Shown here: positions 11,861-24,807 of the stretch, piece after piece
How the letters are laid out: every line of letters starts with the position of its first letter
Numbering within the stretch: position 1 is the first letter of the stretch
Assembly (NCBI RefSeq): GCF_001194135.2
Contig: NC_069002.1
Span: forward strand, 28,439,372 to 28,487,762
Source of the DNA: Octopus bimaculoides
Lineage: Eukaryota
DNA length: 48,391 bases
Direction: 5' to 3'
Made by a program: the position numbers and the translations under genes
Notes under the pieces: model-generated
Told to the model about the DNA's origin: nothing
What the model saw: the letters and a program-made list of their open reading frames with translations, nothing else
The model's database searches: none

Positions 11861-12921
11861 GAAATTGTTAAATCATAAACTCTGAGAGAGATCACTTTTG
11901 TCTTATTTAAAATTCATTTACGAATATTTCAGGTTTCTTAAAAAAATGTTTCAAGTTCAAATTTAAACTAATATTTCTAATGTTGTCATAACTGGAAAGT
12001 TGTTATCGCTTTGTTTCCATTACGTGTGCTGTCTGCATAAATGTGTGTGTGTGTGTGTGTTTGAGCGAATGTTTATGTCAGTTCAATAATTCTATCCACG
12101 CTTTTCCATTTCTGTGTGATTTATTATCGTTTATAGTAATGATAAATCACCAATAACTTTGCATAAGTTATATAATAAACATATCACATATTCAGGTTTC
12201 ACCAAGAGATTAGAAAAGAAAAACAACTAGAGAAAAATCTAACATGGCTGCCATGCTATGTTTACAGATATGCATAATATCCTTTAAGTTGCTTACATTA
12301 CTCTTATCGATGTCGTTGTTGCTACTGTTGTTGTCAAAGTAAATAATTGTGGTATAAATTGGATGAACTATTAAGACATAATGAGATTCAGATAGTGTCA
12401 TATTTATGTATCGTTCTGTAGATTTTTTTGAGTGATTCAAGTAAATATTAGTTTCTGCTACAAGAAATTAAAAAAAAAATATTGCAATATCCTGGTATTT
12501 GCTTATATGAATGTCGTATGTTTGGAGAATGACAGCGACTGTGTTGCGGTAGTAACGCTGCCAACATGATGTTTTCTCGTATTAAACTCTGTTTAATGTC
12601 GATGGTATATCTACAGTTGTGAGGCTGTTATTTATCTTCATATTGATTGGACTGTATAGTTCCTCCAATCGCACATAAAAATAAAATGAATAACATATAG
12701 GTTTCAAAAAATTGCCTTAATGGATTTTATTTCTTTTAACCTATTATATTTATCTCAACACTCTCATATATTTGTGTGTGTGTGTGTGTGTGTAGGTTTA
12801 TATGTATTTGTACACGAATGTGTGTACGTATATATTGGTACATAGTGTATATATACATATACAATCATATATATATATATTATATAAAAGATTATCATAC
12901 ATATATATATATATGTGTATA

Positions 12922-12959
<38 letters not shown>

Positions 12960-13835
12960 ATGTATACATTTGAGTGTGTGCGTGTACACATACCTACATG
13001 TGTATGTATATAATTTTTTGTTTTTCTGTATTAATATATTGAGAGACAGCCAAACATGAATTGAAGAACCACTCAATACATTACAGTAGAGTATGACATT
13101 TATTTTTTGCACGTGGAAGAAGATTAGAGTAACTTGGAAGTTGCACTCGTCAGTCTTACATTCGAAAATGAGCTGGAACTTCGATGTCACTGTCAACCTA
13201 TTCCTTACATAAATAACATCTCCCCCCCCCATATAGATATATATAATGACATGCAATAACTTTCTTGGTAGTTTAATAGAAACACAACATTAAATCCAAA
13301 GATTATTCAAAATAAGTAAAATATCTTAGTTTTGCAGATCTTCTTCAGCTAATACCGTAGATTTCATTGAATTAGGCGTGGGTTTGATTAAATTAGATTA
13401 AATTATCAATGATAAACTGATTCATGTTTAACTAGTCTTGGTTAATACCCCTCTCATCTCCATAACGGGCTTAATTTTCGACGATCCCGTTCCAACATAT
13501 TCTGATATATCTCCTATTGGATTAGATTTGGTTCTTTTAGCAACCTATTTTGGAGATTTTATATTCGATTGTGAATGCTTTTCTAAACTAGTGACACCAA
13601 TGAGAATCGATTTGCCTATCATCCAAACTGGGCCACCACCAAACATGCAGTACATTTCAACACCACCATGGTAAAACGTTCCTGATAAATAATCTAGCTA
13701 TTACGTTCTAATTACTTTGAATCAGGCATGTATTTAACTGCAACGGGGGAGGGGGAATAATAGGATTTCCTTTCATTAGACCGTATTATTTGTAACCTAA
13801 GTTGGCACCGAACCGGCTGCACCATTACCACACCA

Positions 13836-14010
13836 GCCAAAATGCTTAGCAGCGTTTCTTTCGGCTCTTTACGGAGTGAGTTCAAACACAGCCGAGGTCG
13901 ATTTTACCTTTCATTCTTCCGAGGTCGATAAAACAAGTACCTCCTGAGCATTGGAAGTGATGTGATCGATTATCCCTCCCCTCAAAACAGCTAGACTTGT
14001 GCAAGAATTA
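13836..14010 (+). mobile_element. SINE-A, old and 5'-truncated
   Basis: aaaatgcttagc..gagttcaaa..gaggtcgattttacctttcattcttccgaggtcgataaaacaagtac. Confidence 0.7.
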
Positions 14011-15686
14011 GGATTATTCACAACAAGACTTATTTTCACAGTGGCAAAGTTCTTTCGAACAACTGAATCTTTTAATCTTATTAACTTTCGAAAGCATCGA
14101 GTTCTTTCTTGTAATTCTACTTCATTCATATCTCTAAGGTCTTTCAATACTGATCTTACTCAATATGGCGACATTCCATAGAATTTGTAACCTCTCTAAC
14201 AGCTGCCATTTGATGCTTAATAACTTCCCTCTTATTCGCCTTCTATGCTTTCTCATGAGCTTTCGGCACTTTCCTAGATTTCTTCTTTCATTCAGAAATG
14301 TCCTTCAATATACCTTTGCATTCTGTTAGTAACTGTTTGATTATTAATAAAGAAAGACTCATGGCACTTCTCGATTGGTCTTTTCATCGGCTGATAGCAG
14401 CCGATAACTTTCTCTTGTTTTAGTTCATTTGCTTTTCTTCAATAGCTTTTGTTGTATATCATCAAATTAAACTTACGATTAATCCCAAAAAATACAATCA
14501 AAATCATATGCATTTGCAAGTAAGAGAAAATATATCTAAATATAAAAAACAGGGAAAATAAGTCGACGAGTGGTCAATAACTTTTGATAAGCCATGGTGT
14601 GTGTGTGTAGGATCAGAGGAAGCAATGGACGTTGCATGAATACTCCACTGTTAGTGTAGTATTTCTTATAGAAGAGGCAGCTGTAAGCTAATGAAGGGGA
14701 TTACATAACTCCTGTTCTCTTGTCATTTAATTGCGTTCAGTACTCGCCTAACGCTTTTCTTTAAAACATATGGAGTTCTAAAAACTGNNNNNNNNNNNNN
14801 NNNNNNNNNNNNNNNNNNNNNNNNNNNNNNNNNNNNNNNNNNNNNNNNNNNNNNNNNNNNNNNNNNNNNNNNNNNNNNNNNNNNNNNNNNNNNNNNNNNN
14901 NNNNNNNNNNNNNNNNNNNNNNNNNNNNNNNNNNNNNNNNNNNNNNNNNNNNNNNNNNNNNNNNNNNNNNNNNNNNNNNNNNNNNNNNNNNNNNNNNNNN
15001 NNNNNNNNNNNNNNNAGAGAGAGAGAGAGAAAGAAAGAGAGGGTCTGAAAACAGGTGATATTCAATGCTTCGTAGAACATAAACCCGTTTCATCAAAATG
15101 TCCAATATATACTGCGGGACACTGATGAACGCGAATGCAAGATTACATAATGTTTATACAACTGTTACGTAATCATTTCGATATTTTGCTGAAACGCGTG
15201 TACGTCCAATAGAGCATTGAGTACCATACCCGTTTTCTGTTTTATTATTAGGCTAACGTGCAGAATACGAGCCAGTCTCAAGGTTGATGCCCCCGCGTCG
15301 TACTATACTGGAGTGGAGTGTGAAACTCACTACCGAGCCCGATATTTGGTTATGTGTCACACGATGCCCTTTTTAGGGATATGCGTTTGATAATCTTTTC
15401 GAAAGGACGAACTGTAAATCTTTCGAAAGGATGAACCGAAAATCGCACGGCTTCCTTCTTAACAAATACACACATTAATAGCATCGAACTAAAAACAAAA
15501 ATAAGCCCACGCATATACAACTCTCCCGAGTGTTGTTATATCAATTACACAATCTCTAAGGGTCGGAATAATTTATCCTTAATTTTTCACCCTATGGATA
15601 TTCCCACCCCAACTTTAAAACGAGATTACACTGAAACTAGTGTTATCTAATGTATATCTAGTAATGTCGCTATTAGTTGTGTGTTA

Positions 15687-15904
15687 CGAAGGCAGCGAGG
15701 TGGCAGAAACGTTAGCACGCCGGGCGAAAGACTTAGCGGTATTTCGTCTGTCTTTATGTTCTGAGTTCAAATTCCGCCGAGGTCGACTTTGCCTGTCATC
15801 CTTTCGGGGTCGATTAATTAAGTACTAGTTGCGTACTGGAGTCAATCTAATCGACTGGCCCCCTCCCCCGAAATTTCGGGCCTTGTGGCTAGAATAGAAA
15901 AGAA
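15687..15904 (+). mobile_element. SINE-A (tail 2) with a 16-bp TSD
   Basis: TSD tattagttgtgtgtta at 15671-15686 and 15905-15920, flanking a full-length element. Confidence 0.92.
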
Positions 15905-16444
15905 TATTAGTTGTGTGTTATGTAGTACAGTCACTCTCTTCTCTATGAACCAATATATTACTACTATTTCACTTCGTCTATTTGTTCTCGTATTGATCTT
16001 CAATTCCAAATGATCTCAAAGACGAATGCATTGAACATCTATTGAACAGATTATTAAAATTTTCATTTTCCTTACTCTCTGCTCTTTGTCGCCAGTTTAG
16101 AATATTAAATATTTTACTTTAATTATTTATTCAATAACATTCTACACGCACACACACACACAGAATTCTATACATTCCGTTAAATATGTATATATATATA
16201 TATTAATTATTATTATTATTATTCCACTATATTCTCTCCTTTTAGCGTGTTGAGTTTTCTACTTATTAACACAATCGTTTGGCTTCCCAACAGTATTGTT
16301 CTTTTCCCATAATCTCTTTCAGCACTCCAAAACTGAGATCCATTTCTTCCTAGTTTCATTAATAGAAACGACTTACTTCTGCCTTTGAGCTGGATTTACA
16401 TTTATTAATATTCATTCTCCATCGCGATAAGCTTTTTTCGTTAT

Positions 16445-16446
<2 letters not shown>

Positions 16447-16506
<60 letters not shown>
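16447..16506. repeat. Poly(T) run of ~60 nt
   Basis: Direct inspection. Confidence 0.9.
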
Positions 16507-16760
16507 CCAATTTTAATAATCTAGTATACACCATAGAACTTGTAAGTAAGTTTACACTAATTAGTTTTACTTCAGTCAGCAAAAATACAAAGATAGACTT
16601 GAAGAAATATAAAAAAATATTATTCTTAAATATGAATCTTTTGTTGAACTTTCAACGAAGAGTAATTTCGTATCTAAGGCAAATGCTGTTAGGTTGGCCA
16701 AAAAGTGCGTTCACATTTTAAGTAAAAATAGACAGAAGTTTTAAACGCAAAGCGATTTAT

Positions 16761-17531
16761 TCAATCAGTGATATAATTACTGTTTCTTTCAGTATTTTCT
16801 GCCATCTTAGTGCGCAGATCCATTATTTTCTTCCTCAAAGAAATTCCTGTCGTTATTGGCGAAAAACACATCCTGGTGAATTTTTACGTACATCCTCTTC
16901 AGAGTTGAAAGTTTCTCTATTCAATGAATCTTGAAGAAACCAAAACTGGTGGACATCTGAAGGTGCAAGGTGGGGCGAACATGGAAGGTGTAGTTAAAAC
17001 TTACCAGTCAAGTCCCACTAACATCTGCTGCGTCTACATAAAAGGGTGCAGTCTGGCCTTGTAGTGATGAAAGACAATGACCTTACTCTTAGCAAGTGCT
17101 GGGCGCTTCTGGTGGGTCAATGCGTTTAATTTGTCCAGCTAGTTACAGTACACATCCAAACTGATGGTCCTGTCTGCCGGAATAAGCTTGTAAAAGACAA
17201 CGCCTTTCCACTCCTACCAAAGCCTAACATTCTTCGGGAGAAGCACTTACTTTGGAGGTTGTTTGTGGTGGTTCGTCGCGCTTCCCTCTTGGTCATTTGC
17301 GCTACGCATTGCTATACACAATCCATTTTTCGTCTTTTAACATTACTCTTTTTACTCTTTTACTTGTTTCAGTCATTTGACTGCGGGCATGCTGGAGCAC
17401 CGCGTTTTAGTCGAGCAAATCGACCCCAGGACTTATTCTTTGGAGGCCTAGAACTTATTCTATCGGTCTCTTTACCGAACCGCTAAGTTACGGGGACGTA
17501 AACACACCAGCATCGGTTGTCAAGCGATGCT

Positions 17532-17578
<47 letters not shown>

Positions 17579-18172
17579 NNNNNNNNNNNNNNNNNNNNNN
17601 NNNNNNNNNNNNNNNNNNNNNNNNNNNNNNNNNNNNNNNNNNNNNNNNNNNNNNNNNNNNNNNNNNNNNNNNNNNNNNNNNNNNNNNNNNNNNNNNNNNN
17701 NNNNNNNNNNNNNNNNNNNNNNNNNNNNNNNNNNNNNNNNNNNNNNNNNNNNNNNNNNNNNNNNNNNNNNNNNNNNNNNNNNNNNNNNNNNNNNNNNNNN
17801 NNNNNNNNNNNNNNNNNNNNNNNNNNNNNNNNNNNNNNNNNNNNNNNNNNNNNNNNNNNNNNNNNNNNNNNNNNNNNNNNNNNNNNNNNNNNNNNGTAGC
17901 CAAACTGTTGCATTTGGTTTTTTTAACAGTCGATTTGGATATTTGAAGAATATCGGCGATCCTCCTGATCGTATAACGGGGGTTGGTGTCTCTGATAATC
18001 TCCGAAAAATTTCCAAATCGAAATCTTAAAAAACCGTTTCTGGCACACACGTTCCATAGCACAGTCTTCTCCCTACACAACGCATACCTTCCCGCAGGTT
18101 TCCACAACTTTCTTACTTTAAAAAACAACAACAAAACACTTGGTGTCTATACGGTTCCTTCTGGTTTCCCAT
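16761..18172 (-). pseudogene. Mariner transposase pseudogene (stops, frameshifts, SINE insertion)
   Basis: Minus-strand remnants: MGNQKEPYRH (start 18172), FLRFRFGNFS, TNPRYTIRRIADILQISKSTV (HTH), KDEKWIVYSN (TGDEKW-like), VIVFHHYKARLH (HDNARPH-like) and LHLPCSPHLAPSDVHQFWFLQDSLNRETFNSEEDV (YSPDLAPSD-like), ending NYITD*. Confidence 0.88.
17344..17578 (-). mobile_element. SINE-B 3' half inserted into the mariner transposase
   Basis: tactctttttactcttttacttgtttcagtcatttgactgcgg.. through (CA)n into a gap. It abuts the DEKW catalytic motif. Confidence 0.88.
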
Positions 18173-18624
18173 TTTCAAGGTGATCCGAAGCACAGAAAAG
18201 TACAGTCTGTCTGGTCGCAAGTTTGCATCGAACTACGTTGAAGTGTCAAGTTTCTAACGAGTGCCCATGCACAGGGGAAAGGCTAAAGTTCGCTACTTAT
18301 TAGAGTACTTGAAGTTTAGTGACGACAAAAACCGAACGGACTTTTTGGTCAACCTGATATTTATATTAATACGGTAATTGTAGGTGTAGTATGACCAAAT
18401 GGTTAAGAAATTTGCTTCGAACACCGACGTCCCTGGTTCGACCCTACTACGTGGTATCACGGGCAAATGAAATTTTCTGTAACTCTGGGTCGAACCATAA
18501 ATTGAGTGAAATTTGGTTCACGGAAACTGTATCGAAGACCCTCACGTGGATTGTAACTGTAATTCAGAGGTAGAGCCCTAAACAGCGTTGACCCTGCCAG
18601 AGAATTATGTTAAAACTACTAGGC

Positions 18625-18770
18625 ATATATGGCAGAATCGTTAGCACGTCGGGCAAAACGCTTAGCAGCATTTCATCCGTCTTGACGTTCTGAGTTCAAA
18701 TTCCGCCAGGGTCGACTTTACTTTTCATCCCTTTCAGGTTTGATGTAATTGCTGGTCTTGGGCCAAAACT
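18625..18770 (+). mobile_element. SINE-A with an internal deletion
   Basis: ggcagaatcgttagcacgtcgggc..gagttcaaattccgcc..ggtcgacttt. Confidence 0.75.
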
Positions 18771-19931
18771 TGTATTACGAATATTTCATCCGTATATAAT
18801 GACTATGAGTTGGGGGAACTCTAAAACTGATTGTTGAGGCCTGAAATGCTTATATAATGTAAATGTTGAGCCTACAACAATGAAAACCTGTATCAACGGA
18901 ATAATAGGGCAGTTACAATGTCAACTATTGAACCTAAGACTAAGCGATCATCTCGTAATTTGTTTTATTCAATATAAAGTATTTCTAATCAACTCTTTGT
19001 TACAATTTGCAGAACGGAAACAGCTATCAAAGACGTGTCTGTAGGTGTGTGTTTATGTGTAAGTTTGAGAGTGTGTGCGTGCGTGTATATACATATATAA
19101 CTATATGTCAATTTGTTTGAATTGCGATTTACTCTCTGTCTGTTTGTCTATCTATCTCTTTCTCTTCATGCATACACATCTGTACATATAGACACATATA
19201 ATACATAAATACTTACAATTATACATAATGTACGTGTATGCAGACACACACATTATATAAATATATATATATACACATATATATTTATATAATCAGCTGA
19301 TGCAAAATTAATATTACTAAATTGGGAATCTGTCGTGGCTGAATTGGCTTTTCTGAATATTCTCCATAGATTAAAATTGTGGTGTCAACTAATAAATCCT
19401 ACCCCTGTTCATACAAGTACGATAGTTGTCAACGCAGAGGAACCAAAACCTGACAACTTGCCTTAAGGTCAAACCATTATCTTCTCTCTCATTCCTTCCA
19501 TAATAAGACATTCTCCTGAAAAATCAACTGTGGATTTGAGCTGCTTCATTTTCAGAAACTCCGTCGCTTTGCTTTCGATGAGTATTTTCAGTAAAAACAT
19601 AAATTAACAGTAAAAGTAGTATTAATACTAATAAAGACGAACAGTATGGTTAACTAGTAGCAGGATTAATTTAAATAAATCGCATGAGTGACAGTTATGT
19701 AAAGTAGTATTTAAGTACTGGTTTTAATTGGTTACATCAGAATAAGAGAACACGACATGCTATATTATAGATGAAATAGAAAACGGCAATTCTTTAAATT
19801 ATTCCTACCTGAAAATAGTTTCCTAAATTGTTACCATGCTGACGAGCGCCGTTCAGTAAGATTTAACGCAGTCGGTATGTCAGGAAAGGCAGGATAGCTA
19901 CAAACAGCATTTATGACTAATTATTCGATAC

Positions 19932-20570
19932 AGGCGCAGGTGTGCCTGAGATGTTTAACAAACCTGCTTCCTAACCATGTGGTCTTGCATTCTGTCCCAG
20001 TGCGTGGCACCTTGAGCAAGTGTTGTCTTCTACTATAGTTCTGAAGTGCCCGCAGCCTTGTGAATGGGTTTGGTAGGCAGAAACTGGAAGAAGCGGTGAG
20101 CTGGCAGAAACGTTAGCACGCCGGGCGAAATGCTTAGCGGTATTTCGTCTGCCGCTACGTTCCCAGTTCAAATTCCGCCGAGGTCGACTTTGCTTTTCAT
20201 CCTTTCGGGGTCGATTAATAAAGTACCAGTTACGCACTGGGGTCGATATAATCGACTTAATCTGTTTGTCTGCCCTTGTTTGTCCCCTCTGTGTGTAGCC
20301 CCTTGTGGGCAGTAAAGAAATAGGAAACTGGAAGAAGCCCGTTCGTATATATGTGTGTGTATGAGTGTAGCTGTGTTTGTCCCTCACCACCGATTAACAA
20401 CCGGTGTCGGTTTGTTTACAACTTAATTGCTCGGCAAATGAAACCGATAACATTAATGCCATACTTTAAAAAAGTAAATACCGGGGTCGATTTTTTTCGA
20501 TTAAATCCTTCAAGGTGGTGCTGCAGCATGGTCGCAGTCTAGTCACTAGAACAAGTGAAAGATTAAAGAT
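19932..20570 (+). mobile_element. Old full-length SINE-B hosting a young SINE-A
   Basis: Head aggcgcagg..caccttgagcaagtg at 19932-20094; body and tail at 20324-20570. Confidence 0.8.
20095..20323 (+). mobile_element. Young SINE-A (tail 1) nested in a SINE-B, with a ~15-bp TSD
   Basis: TSD gaaactggaagaagc at 20080-20094 and 20324-20338. Nearly identical to 4363-4598. Confidence 0.92.
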
Positions 20571-20590
20571 GGCTATGTATAGTGATACTA

Positions 20591-20833
20591 AACATGTTCG
20601 CGTACATTCGGAATGGAAAGACAATACGCTGCACAAGTTGTCTCGAGAGAAGACATTCTCTTTATAAAAAAATTGAGAGTAAACATACCATTAAGCCACG
20701 ATTCACATCACCGGACAGTAGAAGTACACTAAGCAGCGTTGTACACTCATTTTGTCTATAAAGAGGACTTTTTTCTCAGAGACATCTCGTGCAGCATATT
20801 GTCTTTCCATGTTCAAATGTACACGGACATGTT
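20591..20833. repeat. Long imperfect inverted repeat (arms ~94 bp, loop ~55 nt)
   Basis: 20591-20684 against the reverse complement of 20740-20833 matches at roughly 80% by manual alignment. Confidence 0.85.
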
Positions 20834-21180
20834 AAACGAATTCAATTATCATTCGACGTAAATTCATTGGACTTGAACCATAAATAATCTTGAGAATGAA
20901 ATAAACGTCACACTGTATATTCTGTGTGCTAAAAAAAATGTGTACATCTTCAGCTAGAAGCCAATGCTAAACAACTACAAGAATCTGTGATATGGTTACG
21001 CGGAGACTGGAAATAAACAGCACCGTATAGACACAAAGATCGTGCAACCTATCAAGGAATATCAAAAATGTCGAACATGCTTCCGGAGATTGCATGAGAA
21101 CGGCAGTGTATAAATGAACAGCGAGGCCATTGTTCACAACCAGTGAACACGCATATGCGTACGCATGCACACACGCGCGC

Positions 21181-21322
21181 ACGGCAGGCTTATTTCTATT
21201 TCCATCAGACAAATCCACTATGAGTGGATTTGTCTAGCCCGTGGTTATAGTAGGAGACACTTGCGCATAGGGACCACGTAACGACGGTGCTGGGAAGGAA
21301 CTTCTTACCACACAACCATGCT
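21181..21322 (-). mobile_element. SINE-B head fragment
   Basis: acaaatccact..ggttatagtaggagacacttg..cttcttaccacacaaccatgc. Confidence 0.65.
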
Positions 21323-22274
21323 TTACACTATATACACTCACATACACACACACATCACTCTGACAAAGACTATCCTCAGGCGTTCAACTGATATTATATA
21401 TATGTGTGTGTATGTATGAATGAGAGAGTGTGTGTGTGTGTGTGTGTTGCATTAATTTGAAAGCGAAAAAATTTTCAAATCTCAGAATGGAATTGTGTTA
21501 AAGCATTGACAGAAATAAAGGAGTGCTGTGATATGGAAAGAACTGGAAATGGTCTTTTACGGTAAAAACTGTATGAAGCGAGAGTGGAACAAATTTTGAC
21601 AGTAGCTTTTGATTTTTCTCATGACACACCGCATTGTGGAAGTACTTTATGTGTATTTACACACGCATTACACTTGTGAATGTTTAATATGCATGTAAAC
21701 GTATTTACATATATAGTTATGCACCATATATATATATATATATATATANNNNNNNNNNNNNNNNNNNNNNNNNNNNNNNNNNNNNNNNNNNNNNNNNNNN
21801 NNNNNNNNNNNNNNNNNNNNNNNNNNNNNNNNNNNNNNNNNNNNNNNNNNNNNNNNNNNNNNNNNNNNNNNNNNNNNNNNNNNNNNNNNNNNNNNNNNNN
21901 NNNNNNNNNNNNNNNNNNNNNNNNNNNNNNNNNNNNNNNNNNNNNNNNNNNNNNNNNNNNNNNNNNNNNNNNNNNNNNNNNNNNNNNNNNNNNNNNNNNN
22001 NNNNNNNNNNNNNNNNNNNNNNNNNNNNNNNNNNNNNNNNNNNNNNNNNNNNNNNNNNNNNNNNNNNNNNNNNNNNNNNNNNNNNNNNNNNNNNNNNNNN
22101 NNNNNNNNNNNNNNNNNNNNNNNNNNNNNNNNNNNNNNNNNNNNNNNNNNNNNNNNNNNNNNNNCAACTATATATGTGTGTGTAGGTCTACACAAAGCTG
22201 TATATATTAAAAAAAAATAAAGGTAATGCTATGCCACTTCGTAATAACACTTATTATTATCGTCCATATTTTAT

Positions 22275-22620
22275 TTTATTAGTGGCATGGATCACTTTGC
22301 AGCCACGTGATTTCGGTACCTTGGCCAAGTTATCTTCTAATGTAGCACCCTGGGTTGAAGAAAGTTTTGCAAATGAATTTGGCTAGCGTATGTGTGTTGG
22401 GTGCGTGTATAGTATATATAATGTGTGTGTGTGTGTTATGGTTGTCCTTCCATGCTACCATTTTACAACCGGTATTAGTTTGTTTACATTCCTAATTTAC
22501 ATTTCCGGTTTAGAAAAAAAGTGGTGGGTAAAAATAACCACCACACTTTAAAATAGTGATAGATTTGTTCGAGTAAATCCCTTTAATGCAGTGCTCCAGC
22601 ATTGCCGCAGTCCAGTCTCC
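22275..22620 (+). mobile_element. SINE-B, very old
   Basis: ggtaccttggccaag..; tail gcagtgctccagcattgccgcagtc. Confidence 0.55.
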
Positions 22621-23344
22621 ATAAACAATATCTTTGTCGATTGAAGATGGCTCAGCTGGCCTAATTTTGCTCATGCTGTAAACCTCTTTAGCTGTCTATG
22701 AAGAGAGTAATTATGAATCCAATTAAACATAACACGAAAGAAGCTGATATTGTGAAAGCTGGAGAATGTTATCTCTACAAAATTTAATAAAGAACCGTTC
22801 TATCTATAGAATAAAAGTGAAAACAAAGATCTCGATCTAAAATTAGGGTAAGGGTTTGACTTTTATCAGATTCACCTTTATAGAAGTCCTGTAATTGATT
22901 TGATTATATTTCAAATTAGAATCTGTGGGATTAGTTGAATTAGGATCTGTGAAATCGGAAACTTTAACGAGCAATTTACGCATTTTACATTTAGTAGAAG
23001 TCATTACAATCTCACTTACTTCGTCTCTTGAAGCTGGTTACCCTAGTAACTGCTTCCAACTACTACGTCAATTCTAGAGCCCTGTTTTCAAAGATGAGAA
23101 TTTTGAACATTCATGCATTTCCCCGCTATTTATATTTCAATTTTTAAATGAAAGGATTTTGGTCTGGGAACGAAACTATCACGATTTCAACCTACCAAGC
23201 AGTTATCTCGTATTCTATAGTGAGTGGATTAGTGAATGCAAGTTGATATTAAGACTGCAAATTGGGGGGGGAGGAAAGCCGGAGGGGGGAGACAAAAGAT
23301 ACAACTAATAACGTTTCCACTTTTTTTAATCTTTTATACACACA

Positions 23345-23515
23345 CGACGAGTTTCTTTCTACACAGTCTCTGCCTACCAAATTCCCTTAAAAGACATTAG
23401 TTGGTCTGGGGTTATCGTAGAAACACTTGCCTAGGGTGCTGCGCAGTGAAACTGAACCCGAAACTACATGAGTGCAAAGCCAGTATCTTAACCACTCAGC
23501 CATGCCTGCGCCTAT
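23345..23515 (-). mobile_element. SINE-B 5' half
   Basis: gtagaaacacttgcctagggtgctgcgcagtg..actgaacccg..cagccatgcctgcgcct. Confidence 0.75.
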
Positions 23516-24269
23516 GAATGTTTTTGTTTTTATTGTTGTTCCATATTCAAAATTTGTTTCTCAACTGAATCTACCCCTAACCCCTGGAGGCCAAACGAGC
23601 AACTAACCGTATAAACACGGTCGCTGCATTTATAATATCCCCACCCACTCTGCTTTGTTTTCCTCACTATACATTTTCCAAGAATAACTCCTTCTATAAT
23701 TTCCTTATCTTCCGTCCGCACTTTTTCTCCCTTTCCTTCTTTTTTTATTTTCCTGTAATTTCCTTTTGCTCTGTGTCCGTTTCTCAAATGGACCGCATCT
23801 CCGTTTTAAGACGAGAGAACTTGCTTTTGTGAGGCCACTTCTTTTCGCGGCAACCCTTGACGTCAGTTTCCTTCCTTCACACCACTCGTGGTGATCCCTG
23901 AACAGGGGCCATGGTTGTTGGTAGCATGCTGGCCCTTCTCCTCCTCCGAGTAGAACAATGGAAATGTAGGGGGAAGAGACGCACTATACCTCCTTCGACG
24001 AAAGCGTACATTATCTAAAGGAAAAGGGCACATTACAATATGTGCCCTTCTTTACATTTCCCCGATTAAGTAGAACTGACCAAAAATAACGTCTGTGATC
24101 GTCACTCCCACCCACTAATCTAAGTTTCGAAAAACTAAATCCTATAAAACAAAATCTTCACTCACATCTACATCTTGTATTTTGTAAACTTGTCAAAGTT
24201 CAAAATTTTTAATTTTCATCCTCGTTGTGAATATCAAGTTGACTTAAAACAATATTTTCTAATTTAAGT

Positions 24270-24555
24270 ACAAGGCCAGCAATTTTGAAAGGGGGAGGTT
24301 TAGTCTGTTAAACTGCCCTCTTTCTCCCCAGCACTAGACAAGTACTTTATTTCATCGAATTCCCGAAAGGGGAAAAGTCAAGCTTCTAATTCGGGCACAA
24401 GGTTAGAAATTTCAGGGGTATGGGTCAGGTGCCCCAGTACTTGACAGCTGCGTTATTTTATCGTCCCCGTCAGAATGAAAGCAAAGTCGATCTCAGCGAA
24501 ACTTGAAATCAAAACGTAAGTAACCTGAAAAAAGATTCTGGTAGCTCGCTGCCTT
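24270..24555 (-). mobile_element. SINE-A remnants (two partial copies)
   Basis: Reverse-complement tail and body; head ctggtagctcgctgcctt ends at ~24555. Confidence 0.6.
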
Positions 24556-24758
24556 TATTCTTTTACTTATTTCAGTCATTTGACTGCGGCCATGTTGGAG
24601 CACCGCCTTTAGTCGAGCAAATCGACCCCAGAACTTATTCTTTGTAAGCCTACTACTTATTCTATCGGTCACTTTTGCCGAACCGCTGAGTTACGGGGGC
24701 TTAAAAACACCAGCATCGGTTGTCAAGCGATGTTGGGAGGACAAATACAGACACACAA

Positions 24759-24807
<49 letters not shown>

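Larger units (their letters stand above)
16689..18357 (-). mobile_element. Decayed full-length mariner (Tc1/mariner) DNA transposon with both TIRs, interrupted by a SINE and an N-gap
   Basis: Left TIR ttaggttggccaaaaagtgcgttc (16689-16712) and right TIR gaacggactttttggtcaacctga (18334-18357) are inverted copies with 3 mismatches. TA follows at 18358-59; the left flank is TG. Confidence 0.9.

Noticed and set aside
12244-12342. Short hydrophobic ORF MAAMLCLQICIISFKLLTLLLSMSLLLLLLSK, signal-peptide-like
   Set aside because: Only 32 codons, hydrophobicity comes from (TGT/TTG) low complexity, and the donor is weak.
16447-16680. Processed retrocopy ending in the 60-nt poly(A) on the minus strand
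   Set aside because: ATTAAA is only ~5 nt from the run, and there is no TSD or ORF upstream. Treated as a simple homopolymer.
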